This document shows positions 10,356-19,288 of a stretch of DNA of 64,000 nucleotides, in pieces (position 1 is the stretch's first letter; the number at the start of each line of letters is the position of its first letter). The stretch comes from Squalus acanthias (lineage: Eukaryota), in assembly GCA_030390025.1 (NCBI GenBank), contig CM059432.1:22012001-22076000 (forward strand), written 5' to 3'. A program made the translations under genes and the position numbers. The notes beneath the pieces are model-generated. The model saw only the letters and a list, made by a program, of their open reading frames with translations, made no database searches and had not been told where the DNA came from.

Positions 10356-12167
10356 ATGGCGACCGCGGCAGGACACTGGCAGCGAGAGGGTAGTGTGTTA
10401 GATTTTGGAATGACTGTACGAAATGTTATGCAGGAAAAGATAGCGGATTATGTGTTTGGAAAGGTTAATCTAACCAAGAAATGGATAAGTGAATTGTTAG
10501 CGGATAAGAGCCCACTAGAGGCAGCTGAAAGGTGGACAGATAGTAAAGAACATAGAAAGACACTTGAGAAAGCAGTCTGGCTTATGTGCTACAAAAGGCA
10601 GGTTCAGATTTCAAACCAGACCATTACAGCGCTAGTAGCTCGAATCAGTCATTTAGAGGGAGAAATGGAGGAGAAGGTTTCTGGAGGGGAGGTGCTCATT
10701 AAGAATTTAAATGAGTTACACCAGGAAAGCCAGGAAGTCTCCAGTCACCTTAAAACAAGGATAGATTATCTCGAGTGCCAGGTCACTGAGGCAAAATTGA
10801 ATGAGAGCAGGTTAAAGGAAAGATGTAACCGCCAAGCTGCCCAGATAAGAACTCAAGAAGAGAGCTTAATGGGGGTTAGGTCGGCATATAAGTTGGCCCT
10901 TGAGGATAAGTTTCAGGGAGCCGACCATAGCGCCTGCCAAAGGGAGATAGAGAACCTCAAAAAGGCCGTGAACAATGCGAACGGCATGGTGTGCCTTATC
11001 AATCCGTCGGCGCACCAGCCGCTAGTAAATGAGAGATTTAGAAAATCCCCACCAAGTAAAGCAGAAGAAGTAGTAGCCACTGCGCCCTCCGCGCCACCCA
11101 GCTATTCAGAAACCTGGGTTAGGGAGGAAGCAATGGAAGAAACAAAAGAGCCCATTGAAAAGGAAGTAGAAAAGGGATCGCTGTATCCAGTAACGGGTAT
11201 TAAAAGGGGCCCAAGCAGAAACGGTGGGGAAGAACCGGGAGATCTCCTCGGACAGCTGGTGTTGCCTCACAGTTCACATCAGCTGAGAGCTATGATAAAT
11301 CACGTACGGAAGCTGACCGAGATAGACGACCCTTCCGTACATTTCAGAGAAGTTGAGCAAGCCGCAGCCATTAACGGCTGCGATGATGGGGAGACAGCAA
11401 AAATGCTGCTGTTCTCATTAGACAGCTCGGTCCTTCAGTGTCTCTCAGGCGAGAGCAAGAGGGGAAACAAGAGTTATGAGGAATTAAAGAATGAGGTCCT
11501 AGAAGTGTTGGGGGCGAACGACGGAGGTCCGTTTGCTAGAGTGGGACAGACAGTGCAGATGGAGGGAGAACCCCCGAAGGTTTTTGCCGACAGGCTGTGG
11601 CCAGTATATGAGCGCAGCTGTCTAGGTGCGCCCGAGCGCGAAGATGTGGAAGGCGCCGCTTTAACTCATTGGCTTAGGTGCATAATAGCCAACAGTTTAC
11701 CAGCCGTTAGAGAGCAGGCAAAAGCATGGTTTGATCCCAATGACCTCAACCTTACGGAAGAGTCGGTCTTGAATCGACTCACGTTAGGTTATCGTAATAT
11801 AAGGGGTATGACGACACGTCCCTTTAAGGGAAGAGTACATGAGGTACGACCCGCAGCCCCGTATCAAAGAGAGTGGCATCAGGAGGGTAATCGCGCCCCA
11901 CAGGCAAGTAATGCTTGTTACGGGTGTGGGAAGACAGGGCACTGGCGCAAGCATTGCAGGAACCCTTGGAAGGATTCCAAGGATAAAAATCCCGCGGTCC
12001 GAGCCCAGGCGCCTGTCCCGGCTAAGGAAGCCAAGGCACCCACCCCTCCCGACGACCTCGAAGCAGTGTTAGGAGCCATGCGCAAGCTAGTCTTGAATGC
12101 GCGTGGACAGGTGGCGGTCGCAACCGGCCCCGTAGGTGCCGCAGGACCGTCTAATAGTGCCCCATGA
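10356..12167 (+). CDS. gag: Gag polyprotein (603 aa from ATG 10356): coiled coil, PSAPPSY late domain, CA-like region, one CCHC knuckle
   Basis: First ATG after the LTR in strong context (AAAATGG); CYGCGKTGHWRKHC at 11916-11957; lies between PBS and pol. Confidence 0.92.
   Translation: MATAAGHWQREGSVLDFGMTVRNVMQEKIADYVFGKVNLTKKWISELLADKSPLEAAERWTDSKEHRKTLEKAVWLMCYKRQVQISNQTITALVARISHLEGEMEEKVSGGEVLIKNLNELHQESQEVSSHLKTRIDYLECQVTEAKLNESRLKERCNRQAAQIRTQEESLMGVRSAYKLALEDKFQGADHSACQREIENLKKAVNNANGMVCLINPSAHQPLVNERFRKSPPSKAEEVVATAPSAPPSYSETWVREEAMEETKEPIEKEVEKGSLYPVTGIKRGPSRNGGEEPGDLLGQLVLPHSSHQLRAMINHVRKLTEIDDPSVHFREVEQAAAINGCDDGETAKMLLFSLDSSVLQCLSGESKRGNKSYEELKNEVLEVLGANDGGPFARVGQTVQMEGEPPKVFADRLWPVYERSCLGAPEREDVEGAALTHWLRCIIANSLPAVREQAKAWFDPNDLNLTEESVLNRLTLGYRNIRGMTTRPFKGRVHEVRPAAPYQREWHQEGNRAPQASNACYGCGKTGHWRKHCRNPWKDSKDKNPAVRAQAPVPAKEAKAPTPPDDLEAVLGAMRKLVLNARGQVAVATGPVGAAGPSNSAP
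10357..10374 (+). promoter_or_regulatory. Primer binding site, tRNA-Arg(TCG)
   Basis: TGGCGACCGCGGCAGGAC is the reverse complement of GTCCTGCCGCGGTCG-CCA, the 3' end of vertebrate tRNA-Arg(TCG) as I recall it; 5 nt after the LTR. Confidence 0.85.
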
Positions 12168-15100
12168 CTAGAACCAGCACAGCCCGTCTACCTGTGTCCG
12201 CTTAGCTATGATGCGTGGAGGCGACCTGTGGTGGAGATGGAGGTAGAGAAACAGAAGGGCAGTTATTTGTTGGACACGGGAGCTTCTTGCACCATAATCC
12301 ATACAGATGACCCTTTTGACTCGCCGCTATCTACCAAGGTCCCATTCACGTTGGCAGGGTTCACAGGAAAAGAACAGGCTGGCACGTTTTCCCTTCCGCT
12401 ATCCATTCGTTTAGGAACACTTCGCCTTAAGTGGAAGTGTATACTGATGGCATGGCAAAAGGGGGGTGGAAGAGGTATTCTCGGGTCCGATCTCCTAGCG
12501 GGACACGGGATCCTCGTGGACCTCAGAAATCACTGTCTCTGGGGGGCTAAAGGTGAAAAAGGCGAGGTAATAGTGATTCCGGGGGAGGAAGAAACAGGGG
12601 TCCTGTGTACCGTACAGCCATCCGGAGGCTACGACCTCAGGCTTATGGTCGCAGATGTCCCAACGGACATGCAAACGTACGTGTCAGATAATATGCACGC
12701 GTTTGCAACCCACAAGCACGATTGTGGGAGAGTGGTCGGGTTTGAGGTCAGCGTAGATGGGGACCCCATGACCCGACCCCAAAAGCAGTATAACTTCCCC
12801 AAAGAAGCAGAACCCGATATGGAGACAGCAATGTCTTCCTTGGTGCAGCAGGGCGTGTTAAGGCCGATAGCCACACACGTGAACTCCCCATTATGGCCGG
12901 TTAGGAAGCCGGATAATTCGTGGAGAGCCACGGTGGACTACAGAGTCCTTAACAGTAACATTTCCGCCTGCGCGCCCACAGTAGCAGCAGTTGCTGACCT
13001 AATAGGGAGCATCCCAGCGTCCGCGACCACGTTCACGGTGCTGGATATCTCGAACGGTTTTTGGTCCATCCCGCTGCGGCGAGAGGACCAGTACAAGTTT
13101 GCCTTTACGTTCAAAGGGCAACAGTACACGTGGAACTGTCTGCCACAGGGTTTCCACAATAGCCCCAGTATTTTTCATCAGTGTATGGCAGGAAGTTTAA
13201 AGGAGTTTAGTCAGCCCAATCAGATAGTACAGTATGTGGATGATTTGCTCCTATTTACGGACTCAAGGGAGGAGCACGGACCACTACTGGACGAGTTATT
13301 GGAACTGTTAGCGAGAAAGGGTTTTAAAATAAATCCTAAGAAAGCACGTATCGGTCAGCGGGAAGTAAAATTCCTGGGACTGACCATACGCGCTGGGGAA
13401 AGAGCCATAGACAAAGCAAGGAGGGAGTCGGTGCAAGAATTACCGATTCCCAACAACGTAAGGGGTGTGAGGTCCTTCTTGGGACTGACCGGTTACTGCA
13501 GGGATTTTATCGAAGATTATGCGGCCACAGCGGCGCCGCTCCTCCGACTCCTCCATAAGGGGGTGGAGTGGCTTTGGGACGAGGGCTGCCAAGCAGCCTT
13601 CGAGAAGTTAAAAAGGGATCTGCAGACCGCGCCAGCCTTAGGGGCCATAGATGGGGGGAAGGAGTTTTTCCTGGAGGTAGCTGCCAGCGGAGACAGCTTA
13701 AGCGCCGTGCTGCTCCAAGAGCGTCACGGCAAGCTGAGGCCGGTTGTCTATTCATCCAGGGTATTAACGGATGTGGAGAGAAGTTTCTCCAATTGCGAAA
13801 GGCACCTTTTAGCCACGCATTGGGCTGTGAAAAGATCAGCGATCTTCACAGGGCTCTCTCCCATCACTCTCCTCACACATCACACACCAACTAAGATGCT
13901 TCTGGATGGGAGGATTAAAGACGGGACCGTAAGCAGCGCACGCATTGCGCGTTGGACCCTTCTTCTCTCCCAGTTGGATCTTAGAGTAAAGGGTCTTTGC
14001 GAGCCCAGGCTTGCGGCCAATTTGGTATACCCCGGTACAGCCCACCGGTGTTCGGTGGAAGGGGTGTGGGACGTCAACATAGGTTTACGGGCCGGGATAC
14101 ATCCCACTGGGCGCGAGATTTATGTTGATGGGTCTAGCACAGTGTCTGCTGGCGAGCGACTCACAGGGTGTGGAGTTTATGACCCTGCGGCAGACCTTGC
14201 CCTGGCGATCAAGCTCCCTAGCACTATGAGCGCGCAGCAAGCTGAGCTGTCTGCCGTGGTGTACGTTGTGACCCACCCAGACATTTTCCCAACCCCATAC
14301 ACGATTTGCTCGGACAGTATGTTCACCTGCAATTCGTGTACGGAATACCTGGCCATTTGGTCCCGCCGCGGATACACCTCCGCGGACGGGCGACCTTTAA
14401 CGGTGAAGCCCTTGCTGGAAAAGATCTTAGCAGCAGCAGTAGGGGAGGAAGGAGAGATTTTCATCCATAAGGTGAAAGCTCACTCCTCCACAGAGCCCCG
14501 TGGGGAGGGCAACCGGCAGGCGGATGCGCTAGCCAGGGAGGGTGCCCGCGACGGCACTTTCTGGAACCCCTACAGGACCGGACCCATAGCAGCGGTCCGA
14601 GGCGGGGACGGGAATACCGGGAACACCAGGGTAGCATTGCCCCTAGACCTCAAGACCGTCCAAGCCCAGGATCCCGCCCTAAAAGCAGTCCTAAAAACGA
14701 TTGCTGAGGGGAGGCAGGTAGAAGGTCCGTACAGTACGGCAACCCTCTCAGTTAAGGAAGGCATGCTGTTCCGCGAGGAGCAGTGGGTTGTGCCGCAGCA
14801 GCACAGGAGGGAATTCCTCCAGTTGGCTCACGAGGGACCAGGGGCAGGGCACCCCGGGCCCGAGGTTACCTGGCAACGGGTAGAGCAGGCGGGATGGTGG
14901 CCAGGGCTCAGGGAACAAGTCCGCGAGTTCTGTGCAAACTGTCTTGTGTGCGCCGCAAACAACCCAGACCCCCAGAAAAGGAAGGTGCCCATGGGACACG
15001 TAAGAAGGGTAGAGGGACCATGGCAGTCGATACAGATCGACTATATAGGACCCCTGCCCACCACCCAGGGAGGTTATAAGTACTGCCTCGTCCTGGTGGA

Positions 15101-16652
15101 TGTGTTTTCCAAGTGGGTGGAAGCCTTCCCTTGTCGAACAGCTACAGCACTGGGTACAGCAAAAATCTTGGTCCGGGAAGTGTTCTCGCGGTGGGGACTC
15201 CCCCGTTTTGTGGAGTCAGACCAAGGGAGTCATTTCACCGGCCAGGTGATGCAGAACACCCTCATGCTTTTGGGCATTGAAGGGAAGTGGCACGTAGCAC
15301 ACAATCCCCAGTCATCCGGGATTGTAGAACGTATGAACCGGACCCTGAAGGAGAAATTGAGGAAAGAGACTAGGAACTCGCCCCAAAAATGGGCGGAAGT
15401 TCTGCCTTTAGTCCTCATGGGGGTCCGGGCCAGTCAGTCAAAAAGTACGGGGTACTCCCCGCACGAGGTAATGACTGGGAGGCTCATGCGAACCCCCACC
15501 CATGTGCTAGCGCCGGTGCTCACTGAGGGTCAGCTCCAAGAGATAAGCAGGGACAAGTTCGCCCAGACTCTCTTGGAGCGCCTGAAGCAAGTTTATGAGC
15601 AGGCGGCTGGGAACATGGGAAGGCAGCATCAGGGCAATCGCTTGTTGCTGGAACCCCGCAAAACGCGGGAGTGGGAAGTAGGAGACCAGGTCATGGTCAG
15701 AAACTACGCCAGAGTGGGGAGTCTGGAACCACTATATATGGGACCCTACAACATTGTAGACAAGGCGAGTCCCATGGTTTACGCCGTAAAAGTACCTCGG
15801 CGCACTAAGTGGTTCCACATAAACCAATGCAGACTGTACCAGCCGGGTGCGCAGGGGAAAACTACAGGGGTAAATCCCGCCAATGGGAAAGCACAGCCCC
15901 AGGTAGGACCACAAGGCACACAGGCAGGCATAGCAGCTTGCATCAGGGGAAGGGACATCCCGGACGATCATGCAGCGTTTTTCTGGAGTTGGGGGTTAGA
16001 TGAGGAAGAACCCAGGGTACCCTGGTCAGATGAGGATAGTGCAGATGAGCATAGTGATGATGACGGGTGGTTCCTGAGGAACGGTCTGGGGGGAATGGGG
16101 CCTATAGGTAGAGATCCACACAGGGTGGACACACAAGCTGCAGGTCCCGAGGACAGAAGGGAGGAGCTAGAGGAGGCAGGGCCAGCCGCTATAGGAGCAC
16201 AGAGAGTACCGATGTGGCTCCCAGAGATGTGGCCGCCCGCTTTGAACGTCCAGTCCTCAGGGGAGGCAGAGATCACGAGTGAAGGGCCGCTTGCTGGGCC
16301 GAGCAGGGCGGAGCCACGAACTGCCAGCCCCGAGGTTAGGGAGGCGGAGTCAGCGGAGGCGGAGCCGGCGACTGTGATGGAACCCCAGGTCATCCCGTTG
16401 GAGGTCTCGGAACCCGGTCCGTCCGTCACGGAACCCCCGCCCATAGCAACTCCCCGTAGGTCAAGTAGAGAACCCCAGCCCAGGAGGATGTGGTCATGTC
16501 CCCAGACTGCCCCAAGGCGTAGACTTCAGGTTAAGATAACCCGGGTACAGACCGGCCACATCGCAGCAGTAACAGGCTGCGGCAGATCAGAGGGAAGGGT
16601 CAGTGCCCTCCCACCGTCGGGAAGAGCTCGCAGCAGCCTTCTCAGAATTTAA
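12168..16652 (+). CDS. pol: Pol (protease, RT, degenerate RNase H tether, RNase H, integrase, C-terminal extension), in frame with gag
   Basis: LLDTGAS (12273), LPQGFHNSP, YVDD (13233), YVDGS/AELSA/SDS/KAH/NRQAD RNase H, HHCC + D,D,E integrase (IQIDYIG, ESDQGSHF, VERMNR), GPY motif; frame is open from the codon after the gag stop. Confidence 0.96.
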   Translation, partial: LEPAQPVYLCPLSYDAWRRPVVEMEVEKQKGSYLLDTGASCTIIHTDDPFDSPLSTKVPFTLAGFTGKEQAGTFSLPLSIRLGTLRLKWKCILMAWQKGGGRGILGSDLLAGHGILVDLRNHCLWGAKGEKGEVIVIPGEEETGVLCTVQPSGGYDLRLMVADVPTDMQTYVSDNMHAFATHKHDCGRVVGFEVSVDGDPMTRPQKQYNFPKEAEPDMETAMSSLVQQGVLRPIATHVNSPLWPVRKPDNSWRATVDYRVLNSNISACAPTVAAVADLIGSIPASATTFTVLDISNGFWSIPLRREDQYKFAFTFKGQQYTWNCLPQGFHNSPSIFHQCMAGSLKEFSQPNQIVQYVDDLLLFTDSREEHGPLLDELLELLARKGFKINPKKARIGQREVKFLGLTIRAGERAIDKARRESVQELPIPNNVRGVRSFLGLTGYCRDFIEDYAATAAPLLRLLHKGVEWLWDEGCQAAFEKLKRDLQTAPALGAIDGGKEFFLEVAASGDSLSAVLLQERHGKLRPVVYSSRVLTDVERSFSNCERHLLATHWAVKRSAIFTGLSPITLLTHHTPTKMLLDGRIKDGTVSSARIARWTLLLSQLDLRVKGLCEPRLAANLVYPGTAHRCSVEGVWDVNIGLRAGIHPTGREIYVDGSSTVSAGERLTGCGVYDPAADLALAIKLPSTMSAQQAELSAVVYVVTHPDIFPTPYTICSDSMFTCNSCTEYLAIWSRRGYTSADGRPLTVKPLLEKILAAAVGEEGEIFIHKVKAHSSTEPRGEGNRQADALAREGARDGTFWNPYRTGPIAAVRGGDGNTGNTRVALPLDLKTVQAQDPALKAVLKTIAEGRQVEGPYSTATLSVKEGMLFREEQWVVPQQHRREFLQLAHEGPGAGHPGPEVTWQRVEQAGWWPGLREQVREFCANCLVCAANNPDPQKRKVPMGHVRRVEGPWQSIQIDYIGPLPTTQGGYKYCLVLVDVFSKWVEAFPCRTATALGTAKILVREVFSRWGLPRFVESDQGSHFTGQVMQNTLMLLGIEGKWHVAHNPQSSGIVERMNRTLKEKLRKETRNSPQKWAEVLPLVLMGVRASQSKSTGYSPHEVMTGRLMRTPTHVLAPVLTEGQLQEISRDKFAQTLLERLKQVYEQAAGNMGRQHQGNRLLLEPRKTREWEVGDQVMVRNYARVGSLEPLYMGPYNIVDKASPMVYAVKVPRRTKWFHINQCRLYQPGAQGKTTGVNPANGKAQPQVGPQGTQAGIAACIRGRDIPDDHAAFFWSWGLDEEEPRVPWSDEDSADEHSDDDGWFLRNGLGGMGPIGRDPHRVDTQAAGPEDRREELEEAGPAAIGAQRVPMWLPEMWPPALNVQSSGEAEITSEGPLAGPSRAEPRTASPEVREAESAEAEPATVMEPQVIPLEVSEPGPSVTEPPPIATPRRSSREPQPRRMWSCPQTAPRRRLQVKITRVQTGHIAAVTGCGRSEGRVSALPPSGRARSSLLRI

Positions 16653-16903
16653 AGGGGCCGCCCTGAGAACGGGCGGCACTGTAAAGTTATAGTTCTAAGT
16701 TTTAAGTTTATAGTTCAAGGTTAAGGTTGTAATTTTAATAAGGCTAAGTTTGTAGTGTTTTTAACAGAAAACGATAAATGATGGGAGTTTTAAGGTTAGG
16801 TTTAGAGGAAGTTTATTCAGCAAACGTTGAAGTTTACGTGAGGCGAGGTCAGGGGACCCGCTCACCCTTCACAAAAGCCAGAGACTCTTGCGAGGCTGGC
16901 TAC

Positions 16904-16923
16904 CTCATTCTATCTGATCACAG
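16904..16923 (+). promoter_or_regulatory. Candidate env splice acceptor
   Basis: ctcattctatctgatcacag|g, 13 nt upstream of the signal-peptide ATG at 16937; alternative acceptor tttttaacag ~16767. Confidence 0.45.
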
Positions 16924-16936
16924 GAACCAAGGAAGG

Positions 16937-19288
16937 ATGGAACGAATTCTAGTATTGCTCGTGGCAATCGGATGTGGATTGGCCTATCGAGGCCACACCA
17001 AGGATGTCGTGGTGTTTGGATGTTCCGGGGACACGGCCCCCATCGCGGTGGATGGGACCGGAAGACGGAAGGCAGAGGGGACCAGCACCTATTTCCACAA
17101 GGGAAGGTGGCCAGGATGGCTGGGAACGAACTCAACGGAGTATTCTAGCACATCGGGGTTTGCCTACCAAGAGACTTCTTTACTGTGCCCCAAAGTAAGG
17201 ATCATCGCACCCAGGATCAGCGTCACCGTCGGCAAACGGATTTGTTTGACTTGTAGTGGGAAGGTCCCATTGAGCCGATGGTGGTGGCTGCGAAAGCTGA
17301 GCAAAACTATGAGAAACTCTTCGGTCGAGTGGGAACGACTGGGTAATAATACCCATCGGACAATTACGGGGACAGACGGACAAGTGAAAGTCTGTTGGGA
17401 CAAATGGTGGGAACCGGATGAGGGAATTTATGTATGTATGTGGGGGTCAAAGTACGTTTGCCCCAAAGGCATCTCCATATTTTTTATTAATCAATGGCAG
17501 GATAACGGACAGGGGATGAGGTGGGATGCGAGCACCAGGGGGTGCGGAGCCCCATTCTCCCCGATCCCAGTAAATGCCACTGAACTCATTACGCGCCCAC
17601 GCAAAGCCCCGCCCACGATTCCGGTGGTTCTAGCTGAGGAAGAAGGGTGCCCTAAAACTAGTAAGGGACCCGGGAATGGTTTGGTACTGGTCCCCACAGA
17701 CCAGATACTCTTTCAGGGGGTACATTACGCGGTGGCCTCGGTGATTTTAAATCTCACTGAGGTACGGTTACCAGAGTGGTGCCCCAAAAAGACGGAACAG
17801 TTGTATCAGGTCCTGTTGACCAAGATGTTCAGACAATTTTACGAGTTTGATTTTGCAGAAATTGATAAGACAAGTTTGTATACCGCACCGCAGGAAGTTT
17901 TGGATCAAGTAGGGAGGCAAAGAAGGGGTTTGGTGAACGATGCGTTCACTGCTTTTAACACAGGGACATCTGTGGTCAACGCTCTCGACAGTGTGGAGCT
18001 GCAGACCCAGATTAATGGTTTAAAAACACAGTTAAAAGACATTCTAACAGATGAGAATAAAGTGGTAGGGTCAGGTCTACACGAGGACCAAGCCATGACT
18101 CTCCATTTAAAGGAAATTATAGCAGAGCTGGAGAAACATGCGCGTACGGTAAATGCCCTGATCAGGGAAGATCGGAATGCATCCGATCAAGCTGCGCAGA
18201 ACGAGGTGTGCGTGCTTTACGGGGCGTGGTTACTGGGCGAGGGCCGCAGTAATTTGGAGGATTTAAAACAAGGTTTGGTTCCGTCCTGGATAAGTAACAA
18301 ACACCTACGGGCGCTCCACCCTTTTCAGAACGCATTAAGTCCGTGCCAGCTCAGGCTAGCTTCAGAAGCTTACCCAGTCCCCGTGGACTGCGGACGATCA
18401 AACCATACTATTATGGGAATAGTATTACGCATGCCGGTTTTGGGCGACACAGCAAAGCCCGCCCCGGTATATCGGGTAGAGAACATTGGTGTCATTCAGG
18501 GGGGAGCCCACATTCGTTACGCAGCGGTTCCACCTTACGTCATCCGCTGGGAGCAAACGATGACAGGTACAGATCTCTCTGGTTGTCGTGGCAGGGGAGC
18601 ACACATAATACTGTGCCCCCAGCACTTGAATGCCTTTTTAACACCACAGTGCGGGTTCAGAACGGCTGGCGCCAAGTCCATGAATTGCACCATGGAGGCA
18701 ATGGCACAAGATCATGTGCCTCCGCAGGTAGCATACATCGGGGGTGGAACATATTGTGTTACCACTGCAGCGCAACACTACCAGCATGGAAACCGTAGCC
18801 GGTGTCCGGTGAGTGACAGCAGTTTCTGTTTTAAACCCAGGGCTGAAGTTCAAGTAGCACAACAGCGAATTATCCCAATCCCTGAACCATCCACTGTTCA
18901 TCTCACAGTAAAAGAGAATTTCACCGACTTGCAGCGATTTGTCGCGCATTTTGGATACCTCATTCCCCCTCTCCCTGAACACTTAACCAAACTTCTGAAA
19001 GCCGTCGCGGTATCACAGAAACATTTTTATACATTAGAGCAGAAAACTGTCGAAATAGGAACAGACATTTTGGACATAGTAGTTCCACCGTGGTGGAATC
19101 TGTTCACTAATATTGAAGTGCCTTCATGGATCAGAATAGCCTCCCACATTTTAGTCGTATGTCAAGTGTTTATTGTAGTGTACCTATTGGTCATACATTG
19201 TAAAAGAGACAAACGCCTCACCAAGCATGAAAACACGGGAGAGTGGCGAGAACGTTACGTGCGCGTGCACGATGAGAGCACCGTGTAA
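16937..19288 (+). CDS. env: Envelope glycoprotein (783 aa from MERILVLL): signal peptide, Ig-like domain, furin site, F-protein-like fusion subunit, TM anchor
   Basis: Signal peptide MERILVLLVAIGCGLA; RQRR/GLVNDAF at 17915-17926; heptad repeats; Cys-rich ectodomain; TM IASHILVVCQVFIVVYLLVIHC; many N-x-S/T sequons. Confidence 0.9.
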   Translation: MERILVLLVAIGCGLAYRGHTKDVVVFGCSGDTAPIAVDGTGRRKAEGTSTYFHKGRWPGWLGTNSTEYSSTSGFAYQETSLLCPKVRIIAPRISVTVGKRICLTCSGKVPLSRWWWLRKLSKTMRNSSVEWERLGNNTHRTITGTDGQVKVCWDKWWEPDEGIYVCMWGSKYVCPKGISIFFINQWQDNGQGMRWDASTRGCGAPFSPIPVNATELITRPRKAPPTIPVVLAEEEGCPKTSKGPGNGLVLVPTDQILFQGVHYAVASVILNLTEVRLPEWCPKKTEQLYQVLLTKMFRQFYEFDFAEIDKTSLYTAPQEVLDQVGRQRRGLVNDAFTAFNTGTSVVNALDSVELQTQINGLKTQLKDILTDENKVVGSGLHEDQAMTLHLKEIIAELEKHARTVNALIREDRNASDQAAQNEVCVLYGAWLLGEGRSNLEDLKQGLVPSWISNKHLRALHPFQNALSPCQLRLASEAYPVPVDCGRSNHTIMGIVLRMPVLGDTAKPAPVYRVENIGVIQGGAHIRYAAVPPYVIRWEQTMTGTDLSGCRGRGAHIILCPQHLNAFLTPQCGFRTAGAKSMNCTMEAMAQDHVPPQVAYIGGGTYCVTTAAQHYQHGNRSRCPVSDSSFCFKPRAEVQVAQQRIIPIPEPSTVHLTVKENFTDLQRFVAHFGYLIPPLPEHLTKLLKAVAVSQKHFYTLEQKTVEIGTDILDIVVPPWWNLFTNIEVPSWIRIASHILVVCQVFIVVYLLVIHCKRDKRLTKHENTGEWRERYVRVHDESTV

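Noticed and set aside
16778..16936. 53-aa N-terminal extension of Env from ATG 16778
   Set aside because: The signal peptide starts at ATG 16937 just after a splice acceptor; a long leader peptide is not excluded but has no support
12629..18982. Antisense and overlapping ORFs within pol and env (e.g. 15968-16444, 18343-18798)
   Set aside because: Expected shadows of long GC-rich coding frames; no independent signals
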